The notes beneath the pieces were generated by a model. The model was not told the origin of the DNA, made no database searches, and saw only the letters and a list, made by a program, of their open reading frames with translations. From the IMG/VR virus record IMGVR_UViG_3300011906_000002, positions 124,001 to 188,000 of that record: a stretch of DNA of 64,000 nt, one strand, 5' to 3'. Below are positions 47,197 through 55,447 of this stretch, in pieces (position 1 is the first letter of the stretch; the number at the start of each line of letters is the position of its first letter). The stretch is from an uncultured virus (IMG/VR IMGVR_UViG_3300011906_000002) (taxonomy: Duplodnaviria > Heunggongvirae > Uroviricota > Caudoviricetes). A program made the translations under genes and the position numbers.

Positions 47197-47253
47197 CAGA
47201 GCAGGCGGGTTACCGCTCGCTCTGTTGTATGCCGTGCAAAAAGCTTTCAAACC

Positions 47254-47268
47254 TATATTACCTAAGAG
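47254..47268 (+). promoter_or_regulatory. Early promoter
   Basis: TTTCAAACC-TATATTACCTAAGAG. Confidence 0.7.
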
Positions 47269-47311
47269 CAAGTACCCTACTTGTTTAAACGCAGTGAGGA
47301 TTAAAACATCC

Positions 47312-47782
47312 ATGTACGTGTTAGTTCGCTGTAAAGTAGACTTCCTTACCACCGTTCCCGAACCGGTCTTGGTTAACCCCATCCTACCCTTCCCGCATTA
47401 CTTAGCACGTGCCAGTGCTGGCTCGGTTGAGTTTGTGTGTGACGTCCCTGAAACCTTTAACGTCATCGAACACTTCGCCCACCCCGTCGCTATTTCAGGC
47501 ATCACACCTGAGATGTACGAAGCCATCGTAACGCGTTACCGTGGCTGGGGTTTGGGTCAACCACTTAACCAACAAGAAGAACTCATCCGTAACCGAGATT
47601 TGATCTTCTTTGTCGCCAGTGAAGATTGTCGACCCATTCGAGTGGAAGCCAGCACACCCCAATACGAAAAACTCCCCTTCCTCTTTTTCGAAGGAGTGTC
47701 GTTGGTACGTGCCAAGTCCACCACCGTTTCAGCCGTTGCTCACTACTGGCCTGATTCGTTCTGCCACCAAAGCCCCCTTTAA
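47312..47782 (+). CDS. Hypothetical protein
   Basis: GAGGA RBS before ATG 47312. Confidence 0.75.
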   Translation: MYVLVRCKVDFLTTVPEPVLVNPILPFPHYLARASAGSVEFVCDVPETFNVIEHFAHPVAISGITPEMYEAIVTRYRGWGLGQPLNQQEELIRNRDLIFFVASEDCRPIRVEASTPQYEKLPFLFFEGVSLVRAKSTTVSAVAHYWPDSFCHQSPL

Positions 47783-47794
47783 GAGGTACCCCCC

Positions 47795-48550
47795 ATGATC
47801 AAACTCGCACTTGAAACTCTGTTCAGCCAAGCCCTGGTCTATGACCGCAACCCACACGATCCGCGTGAAATCTCCGCCGACCGCAAACCGTTGAAATTCA
47901 CCCACTGTCTGGTTGACGAAGACGGTGCTGAGATGCTGTACAACGAGAAGACCGGTACCTTGCACTGCGAGTTGTTGCGCTCGGATATCGATCCCCGCTA
48001 TCCAGAACTCAGTCACTCGTTCAGCGTCGTCCCAGTAGTGCGCGGTAACGTGTTGGCCCGTGGTCTACACGGCTGGTTGTTTAATCAAGGTGCTCGTGCA
48101 TTTCGATTGGACTATTCGGTACCACGTGTGCAGTTCTACTTTAACGACCTCTTGGAAGAGATCAAGAAAGACCGCTCCATGGTAGAAGGTGTCAAGCTGA
48201 TTGTGCGAGCGGGCGAGAAAGCCGAACAGGTGTTTTACGTCTATGAGAACTACGAAGTGCGTGAGGTGTTGTATAACCCCGTCACTGATGAGTTTGCACC
48301 GAACATGGAAGGTGAAGCCGTCGTCTTCGCAGGTCCCGACGCCGAACAGAACTACACACGCTTTGCCCAGAAGCTTTCAAAAGGTCGGTTGAACTTTTAC
48401 GGGCGGGATACCTTTGCCCCACAGGTAGCGTCTGCTGATACAGCCGACTACATCATCCGTCCTAACGATGGCAAGAGTGCCAATCCCTCCGCCTCTAATC
48501 CATTCCCACACCTTGCTGATGCCACCAAGGCGCCAACCGATCAGTCATAA
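47795..48550 (+). CDS. Hypothetical protein
   Basis: GAGG RBS, 251 aa. Confidence 0.8.
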   Translation: MIKLALETLFSQALVYDRNPHDPREISADRKPLKFTHCLVDEDGAEMLYNEKTGTLHCELLRSDIDPRYPELSHSFSVVPVVRGNVLARGLHGWLFNQGARAFRLDYSVPRVQFYFNDLLEEIKKDRSMVEGVKLIVRAGEKAEQVFYVYENYEVREVLYNPVTDEFAPNMEGEAVVFAGPDAEQNYTRFAQKLSKGRLNFYGRDTFAPQVASADTADYIIRPNDGKSANPSASNPFPHLADATKAPTDQS

Positions 48551-48781
48551 GCAGCATAAAGCCCCTACCCGAAGGTAGGGGCTTTAGAGGCTGAAGTCAT
48601 GGCTGTTTCACAACAGTCACTATACAGGCGCTGGTACCGGACTGGTTGGTGCCTCTCGGCAGGACTCAGACCCCTCAGTGGATCACCTCCTCGTGAGCAA
48701 TGAATGTTCATTGCCTGTAGTCATAGTAATATCGTACTTTTTTGAACTATCTCTTGAATGAACTTAAACTAAGGATGTCGC

Positions 48782-49210
48782 ATGCATTTCCCGACTAATC
48801 TGTTGACGGCATTGGGTTTTATGGAACCTAAGCCTGAACGCCCTCTCGTCTTTATGCGTGCAGGTTACACCAAAGATTCTCGTGTCCGTCGAGTGAAGCC
48901 CGATGGTAGCAACGCATACTCGATACGTGCCTACCTTAAGAACCCGAACGATGCAGGCTCAGTAGCCCGTCGGGTCTTTCGTCAAGCGATTATCTTGCGG
49001 GCGATCAATGGTCAGCTACGACATTACCCCCTGTGGTTATTGTTCTCCACTCCCGAGGTGCGTGAACAATCGGCAATCAAACATAACCAACAACCGCCTA
49101 CCGAAGCCTGGGTTAGAGCCAAACGCAAACAGGTTGGTCATTTTCTAAAAGTGCAACCTAACATTAAACTTCTGGAGCAGACGGACAGTCTAGCCCAACC
49201 TAAAGATTAG
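48782..49210 (+). CDS. Hypothetical basic protein
   Basis: TAAGGA RBS. Confidence 0.75.
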   Translation: MHFPTNLLTALGFMEPKPERPLVFMRAGYTKDSRVRRVKPDGSNAYSIRAYLKNPNDAGSVARRVFRQAIILRAINGQLRHYPLWLLFSTPEVREQSAIKHNQQPPTEAWVRAKRKQVGHFLKVQPNIKLLEQTDSLAQPKD

Positions 49211-49218
49211 GAGCTTAC

Positions 49219-49704
49219 ATGGCGAGTGTGATCAGGTACCTAGTTCTTGAAATTGACAATCATGACATCACCGACCTTGATCGGTTTGTGACCCGCGTCG
49301 CACCCCGAACCCCACACCTCAACATGCCTGTAGATTGTCTCTATCATTACGAAGGTCTCGTTATCCCAATCGAAGCCATGGAAGACGTCGGCGCTAAGTT
49401 GTATCTGGCCGAAGTGATTGTCCACGACTTAGATGGAGACCAAGAACATCCCTACCTTGTGATCTACCGTGAAACGGTTGACACCACACACGAGGAAACT
49501 GAGTTCTTAATGCGCAGGATCGTGAGGGTCTTTAACAAATTGCTTAAGCTTACCACCATCGACATGATGTGTTTGGAAGCCAGTCAGTACTGGAACGTGA
49601 TGTACATCAAAGGCTGGATGGATGAGTTCAACCGAGAGTTCGCTGAAGTCTTGAATGTCCTGCACCGAAATGAAAAAAATCTCAGATCTATATTACCTAG
49701 GTGA
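49219..49704 (+). CDS. Hypothetical protein
   Basis: AGGAG RBS. Confidence 0.8.
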   Translation: MASVIRYLVLEIDNHDITDLDRFVTRVAPRTPHLNMPVDCLYHYEGLVIPIEAMEDVGAKLYLAEVIVHDLDGDQEHPYLVIYRETVDTTHEETEFLMRRIVRVFNKLLKLTTIDMMCLEASQYWNVMYIKGWMDEFNREFAEVLNVLHRNEKNLRSILPR

Positions 49705-49705
49705 G
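49689..49705 (+). promoter_or_regulatory. Early promoter
   Basis: AAAAAAATCTCAGATC-TATATTACCTAGGTGAG. Confidence 0.75.
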
Positions 49706-49755
49706 TGGATTAACCAATCCTCTTATCCCCCCCCCCTGTTCTAAGGAGAACAACT

Positions 49756-50223
49756 ATGTTTGGTAATTTGCCTGGTCGTGTTTCAACAGTTCGTGAAGCC
49801 ACTGTTTGTGAGTTTGAACAGTCTGGATATTTCGAACAGATGAAAGAGATGATCGATGCAGCTAAAGCATCTGATGATCTGAAGCTCCAGTATGCCAAAG
49901 GTGAGGACTGGCAGTGTAATGAAACTGCGACGGTTCGGGTGCAGGGTGAGACTGATAGCTTCGGTTGTGAGTACAGTCACTACTGCGAAGCCTGTCATAA
50001 ACTGAGTGAAGAGCTTAATGACTACTACACCAAGAAGCACGAGGACGATGAATCTCAGTGCGATTGGTGTAAGAAAGCAGTCCCTCAGAAAAGCCTTCGC
50101 CACACGCGTGACATCGATGAAGGTTCGAGTGGTCCCGTTTACGAAGTCTGTTCTGAATGTCGGACTAAGCAAAACGACTACATCAATGATGAGTTGGATT
50201 TTCTAGCCGAACAAGGTTATTGA
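49756..50223 (+). CDS. Cys-rich zinc-finger early protein
   Basis: GETDSFG.E...CEAC, CDWC, RD.DEG..GPVY.VC..C. Confidence 0.8.
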   Translation: MFGNLPGRVSTVREATVCEFEQSGYFEQMKEMIDAAKASDDLKLQYAKGEDWQCNETATVRVQGETDSFGCEYSHYCEACHKLSEELNDYYTKKHEDDESQCDWCKKAVPQKSLRHTRDIDEGSSGPVYEVCSECRTKQNDYINDELDFLAEQGY

Positions 50224-50274
50224 TCGCACCACCCCTCTTCGGAGGGGTACCCCTTTATTCTTAGGAGAGTAAAC

Positions 50275-50514
50275 GTGATCCTTGATTACCTTAACCTGCT
50301 ACCAACGTCCGATAACGTTGATGTACAAGAGACGCTTCAGCTTATTCGTGAAGCTTTGGATCGCCGGCGAGCTAAGAAAGCTTTGTGGCGTAAACGACGT
50401 TACAACAACTTATCTTTGAGTCGTAAGGTTCGTCAAATGCAAGTCGATCGTGTGATCAATCAGATGCGTGAGGAAAGCCAACCTAAGAAAATAGTGTTGC
50501 TTAACCTCGACTAA
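50275..50514 (+). CDS. Small basic hypothetical protein
   Basis: TAGGAG RBS. Confidence 0.7.
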   Translation: MILDYLNLLPTSDNVDVQETLQLIREALDRRRAKKALWRKRRYNNLSLSRKVRQMQVDRVINQMREESQPKKIVLLNLD

Positions 50515-50575
50515 CCCAGAGGGCCCTCCATTTATGAGGGGTACTCCTGCCCTGTAATCCTAAGGAGGATACACC

Positions 50576-50806
50576 ATGTGTCACAATGAGTTCCAAGAGT
50601 CTCGTAGGAAATACATCATTCGCTTATCGGCCCTTGTCGCGAACGAACGTCATCTGGAACAAGACTTAGAGGTCGCCATTAATAACGGTCACCGGATTTA
50701 TGTCGAACGTTCCTTAGAACGCACCCGCAGCGCTATAGAAGCCTTGCACACCCAATATATCCGCACCGTCATTAAGAGCGGACACACAGAACGAGGCCAC
50801 CTATGA
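50576..50806 (+). CDS. Small hypothetical protein
   Basis: TAAGGAGG RBS. Confidence 0.75.
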   Translation: MCHNEFQESRRKYIIRLSALVANERHLEQDLEVAINNGHRIYVERSLERTRSAIEALHTQYIRTVIKSGHTERGHL

Positions 50807-51198
50807 ATGTTCAGAATGTTGTTCAGGAAGAACCTACTTCCTATTTGTTTCACAAGAACGAACCCCTTTCCGATGAAGAGCGGGAGTTGATTCGTCAGTA
50901 CCACTTAGGAAACATCACGCAGGAGAATGAAAAACTTTTCCAGAGCATTCATGTGCGTCGCGGCAGTGGTCCGGTGTATTGGTACATTCCGTATCACTAC
51001 CTGTTCATGGAGCGTAACCTTCAATACAAGTACAAGAAGTTGAATGGTGGTAAGGTTCCTTCTGCCTATTGGGTTAGACGGAAAATCAAGCACGCATTTC
51101 AAGAACTAGGACTAGGAGAAGAGGATGCACAAAAACATATGCAGTACGATTCTAAGCACTTCGAGCGTATCTCCCAGACGTTCAATGACCCCAGCTGA
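50803..51198 (+). CDS. Hypothetical protein
   Basis: ATGA coupling, GAGG RBS. Confidence 0.75.
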   Translation: MNVQNVVQEEPTSYLFHKNEPLSDEERELIRQYHLGNITQENEKLFQSIHVRRGSGPVYWYIPYHYLFMERNLQYKYKKLNGGKVPSAYWVRRKIKHAFQELGLGEEDAQKHMQYDSKHFERISQTFNDPS

Positions 51199-51403
51199 AC
51201 AACAACTGGTTCGCCGTCAAGGCATCCTGATTCGTTACTTGACGGCGTTGTTCTTGGTTCTCTTGGTCATCAGTGTAGCTACCGACCCGTTGTTCGTCAA
51301 AGAAGACCAGGCTGAAGCCACCCAATCCTGTACCTATGGTCAGTTGGTCAGTGATGGATACAATGTACAACGTTATTCCGCTCAACAACTCTGTCGCCGT
51401 TAA
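51185..51403 (+). CDS. Small single-pass membrane protein
   Basis: Hydrophobic LTALFLVLLVISVA segment; two Cys in the C-terminal domain. Confidence 0.65.
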   Translation: MTPAEQQLVRRQGILIRYLTALFLVLLVISVATDPLFVKEDQAEATQSCTYGQLVSDGYNVQRYSAQQLCRR

Positions 51404-51431
51404 CCCCATGTAGTTCTAAGGAGAACCTGTC

Positions 51432-51749
51432 ATGAATGGTACCAGAGCGTTGAAGATCATGCAGGACGTCGCCATTAAAGGTGCCGATACCATGAGCGTG
51501 ATCAGTAGTTACATAGTCCGTACCAGTGACGGTGAGTACCATGTAGTGGTTGTAGATCGCATGGAAGACTTGCGAGACGAAGTAGGGTTCTACACAGTGG
51601 ACGACATCAGCGGTACCTATAAGTTGCTCAACTTCATTGGGTTGAGTAAAGATAAGGGTCCTGAAGAAGACTACAGTACCTACCTTGAGCGTCAAGGGTA
51701 TAAGGTTGTCGCGCGGTTTCGACCGTGTCTACAACTGGCAAGTGCTTAG
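51432..51749 (+). CDS. Hypothetical protein
   Basis: TAAGGAG RBS. Confidence 0.75.
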   Translation: MNGTRALKIMQDVAIKGADTMSVISSYIVRTSDGEYHVVVVDRMEDLRDEVGFYTVDDISGTYKLLNFIGLSKDKGPEEDYSTYLERQGYKVVARFRPCLQLASA

Positions 51750-51808
51750 TAAAGGGGTCCGAAGACCCCCTTTCTTATTTTATGCTGATTTTAGAAGGGC
51801 TTAAACTC

Positions 51809-52810
51809 ATGATGGTATCTCACCCCTCCGAATCGCTGATGACGTGGTTCAAGACCCAACAGATGCTCACCCCTGAACTTGGGGACTTGGACTTGCGTCC
51901 TTGTCGCGTGAGTACCTTTCGACATGCCCACGAGATCACTTTCACCGACCATCCTCGGTACGGTAATCCCATGATTCTCTCATGCTTCGAGTCTAAGATT
52001 GCGGCCTTTAACGAACCCACTTTACATGACGTCGATGATCCCTTGCGAGAACTGGCTGTGGTACACGCCTACAACATGGTGCAGATGTTTGAAGATTTGG
52101 TGGATACGGCAATAAAGCATCACCCCCAACATGCCAGCTTCTTTAAGCAACACATCAACATGGTGATTGAGGCAGCGGTGGAAGTGTCGGTACTCAGTGC
52201 CGATCGCAACCACTTAACCCTTCTGGCATGGTATCAAGGTGAACGGGGTCTTATACCTACCACCCACACCTACGACTTGGACCGACTGCGGTGTCAAGAA
52301 AACCTTTACATCCGTAAAATGAATCCACCCAAACCAGAGGATGAACTCGATCCCTCCGAGGAAATGAAAGCAGGTCTGGTGAAACTGTTACAGACTAAGT
52401 TTTCAAACCGTAGAACATTGCCTCACATCTCTTTACTGGCCTTTTGTGCACGCATGTTGGGTTACTCGCCACCCGCTCGCGCACGTGAACTCACCACGGT
52501 CTTTGAGGATGAAACATTTAAGGTCGACTACCCAGAAAAAGGTGTGGCAATTCACTTCAACCTGTTGGATTGGATTGACCCCTCTCACACCGGTAACTAC
52601 GATACCTTAAAGTCCTACCAAGACTTGGATGATGCACTTACCCAGAAGGGCAAACAAGACCACGATAAAGTCTGGCACTTCTTGAGGCTACCTACACGCT
52701 TTAATGACAAGCCCTCCAAGCGTGCTTTGGCTTACGAAGTAAAGCCCGACATGGCGGTGTTTTACCACCGTATGGGTAGTCATTACCTAGCCATCACCTT
52801 ACACTACTAA
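51809..52810 (+). CDS. Hypothetical protein
   Basis: About 333-aa ORF following a hairpin. Confidence 0.75.
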   Translation: MMVSHPSESLMTWFKTQQMLTPELGDLDLRPCRVSTFRHAHEITFTDHPRYGNPMILSCFESKIAAFNEPTLHDVDDPLRELAVVHAYNMVQMFEDLVDTAIKHHPQHASFFKQHINMVIEAAVEVSVLSADRNHLTLLAWYQGERGLIPTTHTYDLDRLRCQENLYIRKMNPPKPEDELDPSEEMKAGLVKLLQTKFSNRRTLPHISLLAFCARMLGYSPPARARELTTVFEDETFKVDYPEKGVAIHFNLLDWIDPSHTGNYDTLKSYQDLDDALTQKGKQDHDKVWHFLRLPTRFNDKPSKRALAYEVKPDMAVFYHRMGSHYLAITLHY

Positions 52811-52919
52811 GGCAAACCTCACTCCCCTCCCGAGAAATGGTATGACCCAAGGCACTCAGTCACTTCGGTGGCTGGGTGTTAAAGGCTTTACTGTTTCTTT
52901 TTTTTTGGTGAGGTGGAGT

Positions 52920-53375
52920 ATGCGTTCTCTTTTCATGTGTGTAGTCTTTTTCTGTACGCTGATACTCCCAGCTCCTACGTGGGCTGTTGAGGTCATTCGA
53001 ATGCCTTCTGCTAATGTCGTTGAAGTATACGACGGCGACACCTTCAAAGTTCAACTGCCTGGGATGTTGGAGGTCTTCGGTCGTGACTTGTCTGTGCGTA
53101 TCAATGGGATTGATACCCCAGAGATTCGCAGCAGTTGTAGTACTGATGTTCTAAGGGCTGCTGAACGCCACAAGGGAGGTCTGGCCAAAGACTTCTTGTT
53201 AGGAGCAATCAAGGGTGGTCAAAAGGTTGAACTCCATAACCTGGCGCGGGATAAGTACTTCCGACTGCTGGCCGATGTTTATATCGATGACATTAATATC
53301 GGTACCACGATGATAGAGCGCGGTCACGCTGTAGCCTATGACGGGGGTGCCAAATACGACTGGTGTGGGAAGTAA
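52920..53375 (+). CDS. Thermonuclease (SNase-like) with signal peptide
   Basis: VYDGDT, VRINGIDTPE, DKYFRLLA.VY; N-terminal hydrophobic signal ending AWA-like (TWA). Confidence 0.9.
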   Translation: MRSLFMCVVFFCTLILPAPTWAVEVIRMPSANVVEVYDGDTFKVQLPGMLEVFGRDLSVRINGIDTPEIRSSCSTDVLRAAERHKGGLAKDFLLGAIKGGQKVELHNLARDKYFRLLADVYIDDINIGTTMIERGHAVAYDGGAKYDWCGK

Positions 53376-53429
53376 CGGCATAAAAGGCGGTAGGGGCGCC
53401 CGCAGGAGCCCCTACTCTTGAAAAACCTT

Positions 53430-55124
53430 TTATGCTGCGTCTGGGTGGTCCGTAAGGAACTCTGCCAGCATCCGATCAAAGCTCGGGGCTTTCATGATAT
53501 CTACCGCAATTTCTACCGCGTTAACGTGTCCGCCTGTCAGGTTAATGCCAGCCATCCGCACTTGGTATTCATTGCACCCCTTGATCTTGAAGATCTCATA
53601 CAGAGTGGTTTCACGGGAGATGTTCAGAATCACCTGAACGTTTGGATAGGTCGATACGATGTCCAAGTCTGCAACATGTCGACGCAGATACGTCCTGATG
53701 TCAGGCAGCTCTTTAATCGCACGCACCCCGTTGTCCACAGTCTGGTGAGACGGTAGGGTGACAATCCATTGGTTCATTCCCACGACATACGCATCGAGTT
53801 CATGGACCATTTCGTTACTACAGGACCCTAGGATGAAGCCTCGTTCACGACAGAAGAAGTAGAAGTCATCCACCAACCGACGTGGTTGCGAGTTATAGAT
53901 GGTGTACTCAGAAGCCCGTGACTGCGTGCTGATTACCAACTGCAAGTCTTTAGTCTTCTCATCGAGCAACTCTACACCGATACAGTCGAAGATGTTGTAC
54001 ACCGCGTACTCGATCTTGTAATTGGACTGCATGAACACGTGCCATTCGAGCCCTGAGTACATGTCCGCTTCGGTGAACTTGAGTTTACCAAGACCTGACA
54101 GCTCCTCCTTCATCACAAAGTCCAAGCTGTAGGACGGTAGGTTTTGCTTAGCCATCCGAATTCGCTTGTAGACGCACATGCTGTCGATCAAGAAGAAAGT
54201 CGCAGGACACTCAGCAACGTGCCAACGTTCGGCAGGGTGAATCGAATCAATCCGACCCGAGGCAGTCTTCTTAGTCGCATTGCCTTGCTTGTAACGGAAG
54301 AACTTGTAACGCTCAGGTACAGACGGGTCACTGAACACTTGAGCAGGATCAATCCCTTCTTTCTCAAGCACCTTGACACACTTGGGAATATCGAAGTCGA
54401 TGTTCCAGATCGTGACGAACTCAGGCTTCCATTCGTGGGCTTTCTGGAAACAACGGATTACCCCTTGACCGGGAGTATCCACAATCTCTAGGGTGTAATG
54501 GATGTTGCGCTCTTCGGTGTACTTGCTTAAGTGCTTGTTGACCGCAACTTGTAGCTTTTCAATGAAGCGAACGTCTTGTCCCACGTAGAACTTGGTCGCA
54601 CACATGTAGACCTGGTCTTTAAACGTCAGGGCCATCAAGATAGGCTCTTCAGTCCCATGAACCACGTCCGTCTCGATGTCGAACACCGCTACGCCATTGG
54701 GTGACAAGCAATCTGGGGAACGCTGCTGATACTCACGCTTGAGCAACGTCGGAGTGGTGATGTCGCACCCGTACAGATACGGATCACGTGCAATCTGACG
54801 CAAACCGCCACGCAAGGTACCGACACCCTTAGCCCGCGCAATCTGACGCAGCAGGTTACGTTGCGTGCAGGTGTACTTTTGCAGGTTTTTAATCTTTTCT
54901 TGAGTTTTCTTTTCTTTGTAGTTGCGCTGACCTTCTCGAGCATAGAAAAAGTCACGCTTATAATTCTCGATGATCTTTAAGTTCGGGATCAACTGACCGT
55001 CTTTGGTATGGATAACTTCTTTGACAATGAGGGCATCGCCATCACCGTCATCATTGGGCAACGTGTAGACAGCATGTTTGCACTCAATGCCTTTAATATT
55101 TTCATTCGCAACTGGCAGTGCCAT
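53430..55124 (-). CDS. Split family-B DNA polymerase, exonuclease plus motif-A subunit (gp82-like)
   Basis: FDIETD (ExoI), WNIDFD (ExoII), YNIFD (ExoIII), DLDIVSTYP (motif A). Confidence 0.88.
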   Translation of the reverse strand: MALPVANENIKGIECKHAVYTLPNDDGDGDALIVKEVIHTKDGQLIPNLKIIENYKRDFFYAREGQRNYKEKKTQEKIKNLQKYTCTQRNLLRQIARAKGVGTLRGGLRQIARDPYLYGCDITTPTLLKREYQQRSPDCLSPNGVAVFDIETDVVHGTEEPILMALTFKDQVYMCATKFYVGQDVRFIEKLQVAVNKHLSKYTEERNIHYTLEIVDTPGQGVIRCFQKAHEWKPEFVTIWNIDFDIPKCVKVLEKEGIDPAQVFSDPSVPERYKFFRYKQGNATKKTASGRIDSIHPAERWHVAECPATFFLIDSMCVYKRIRMAKQNLPSYSLDFVMKEELSGLGKLKFTEADMYSGLEWHVFMQSNYKIEYAVYNIFDCIGVELLDEKTKDLQLVISTQSRASEYTIYNSQPRRLVDDFYFFCRERGFILGSCSNEMVHELDAYVVGMNQWIVTLPSHQTVDNGVRAIKELPDIRTYLRRHVADLDIVSTYPNVQVILNISRETTLYEIFKIKGCNEYQVRMAGINLTGGHVNAVEIAVDIMKAPSFDRMLAEFLTDHPDAA

Positions 55125-55218
55125 GGCTGACTTCCTTTACTAGCGCTTAAGACATAACATCGTCTCGTTTGTCAATTTTAACAGGACAGTAAATAACTAC
55201 TTTCCTGACCTTATGTAT

Positions 55219-55385
55219 GAGAGGTATTTAGCCCAGTATCTCTCAGGGAAGGTTCATCAGGACCTTGCGACATGTTTTAGGTATCCCCCAACCTGGATGG
55301 TGTGGTAGGGTCGATATCTGTTGTGCCTTTCCGTTTCCTCCTACCCCCTCCAGCCCTTCGGGGCTGGAGTCGGGTTCTTATGCCC
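55219..55385 (+). ncRNA. Putative small structured RNA (about 165 nt)
   Basis: TATGTATG start, five tandem hairpins, last one with UUCG loop, followed by TTATGCC. Confidence 0.45.
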
Positions 55386-55447
55386 TCTGGTCGTTATCAA
55401 TATGAGTGATCTTTTCCTTAGGCCCTCTATTTGGTTCCGGAGCTGTC

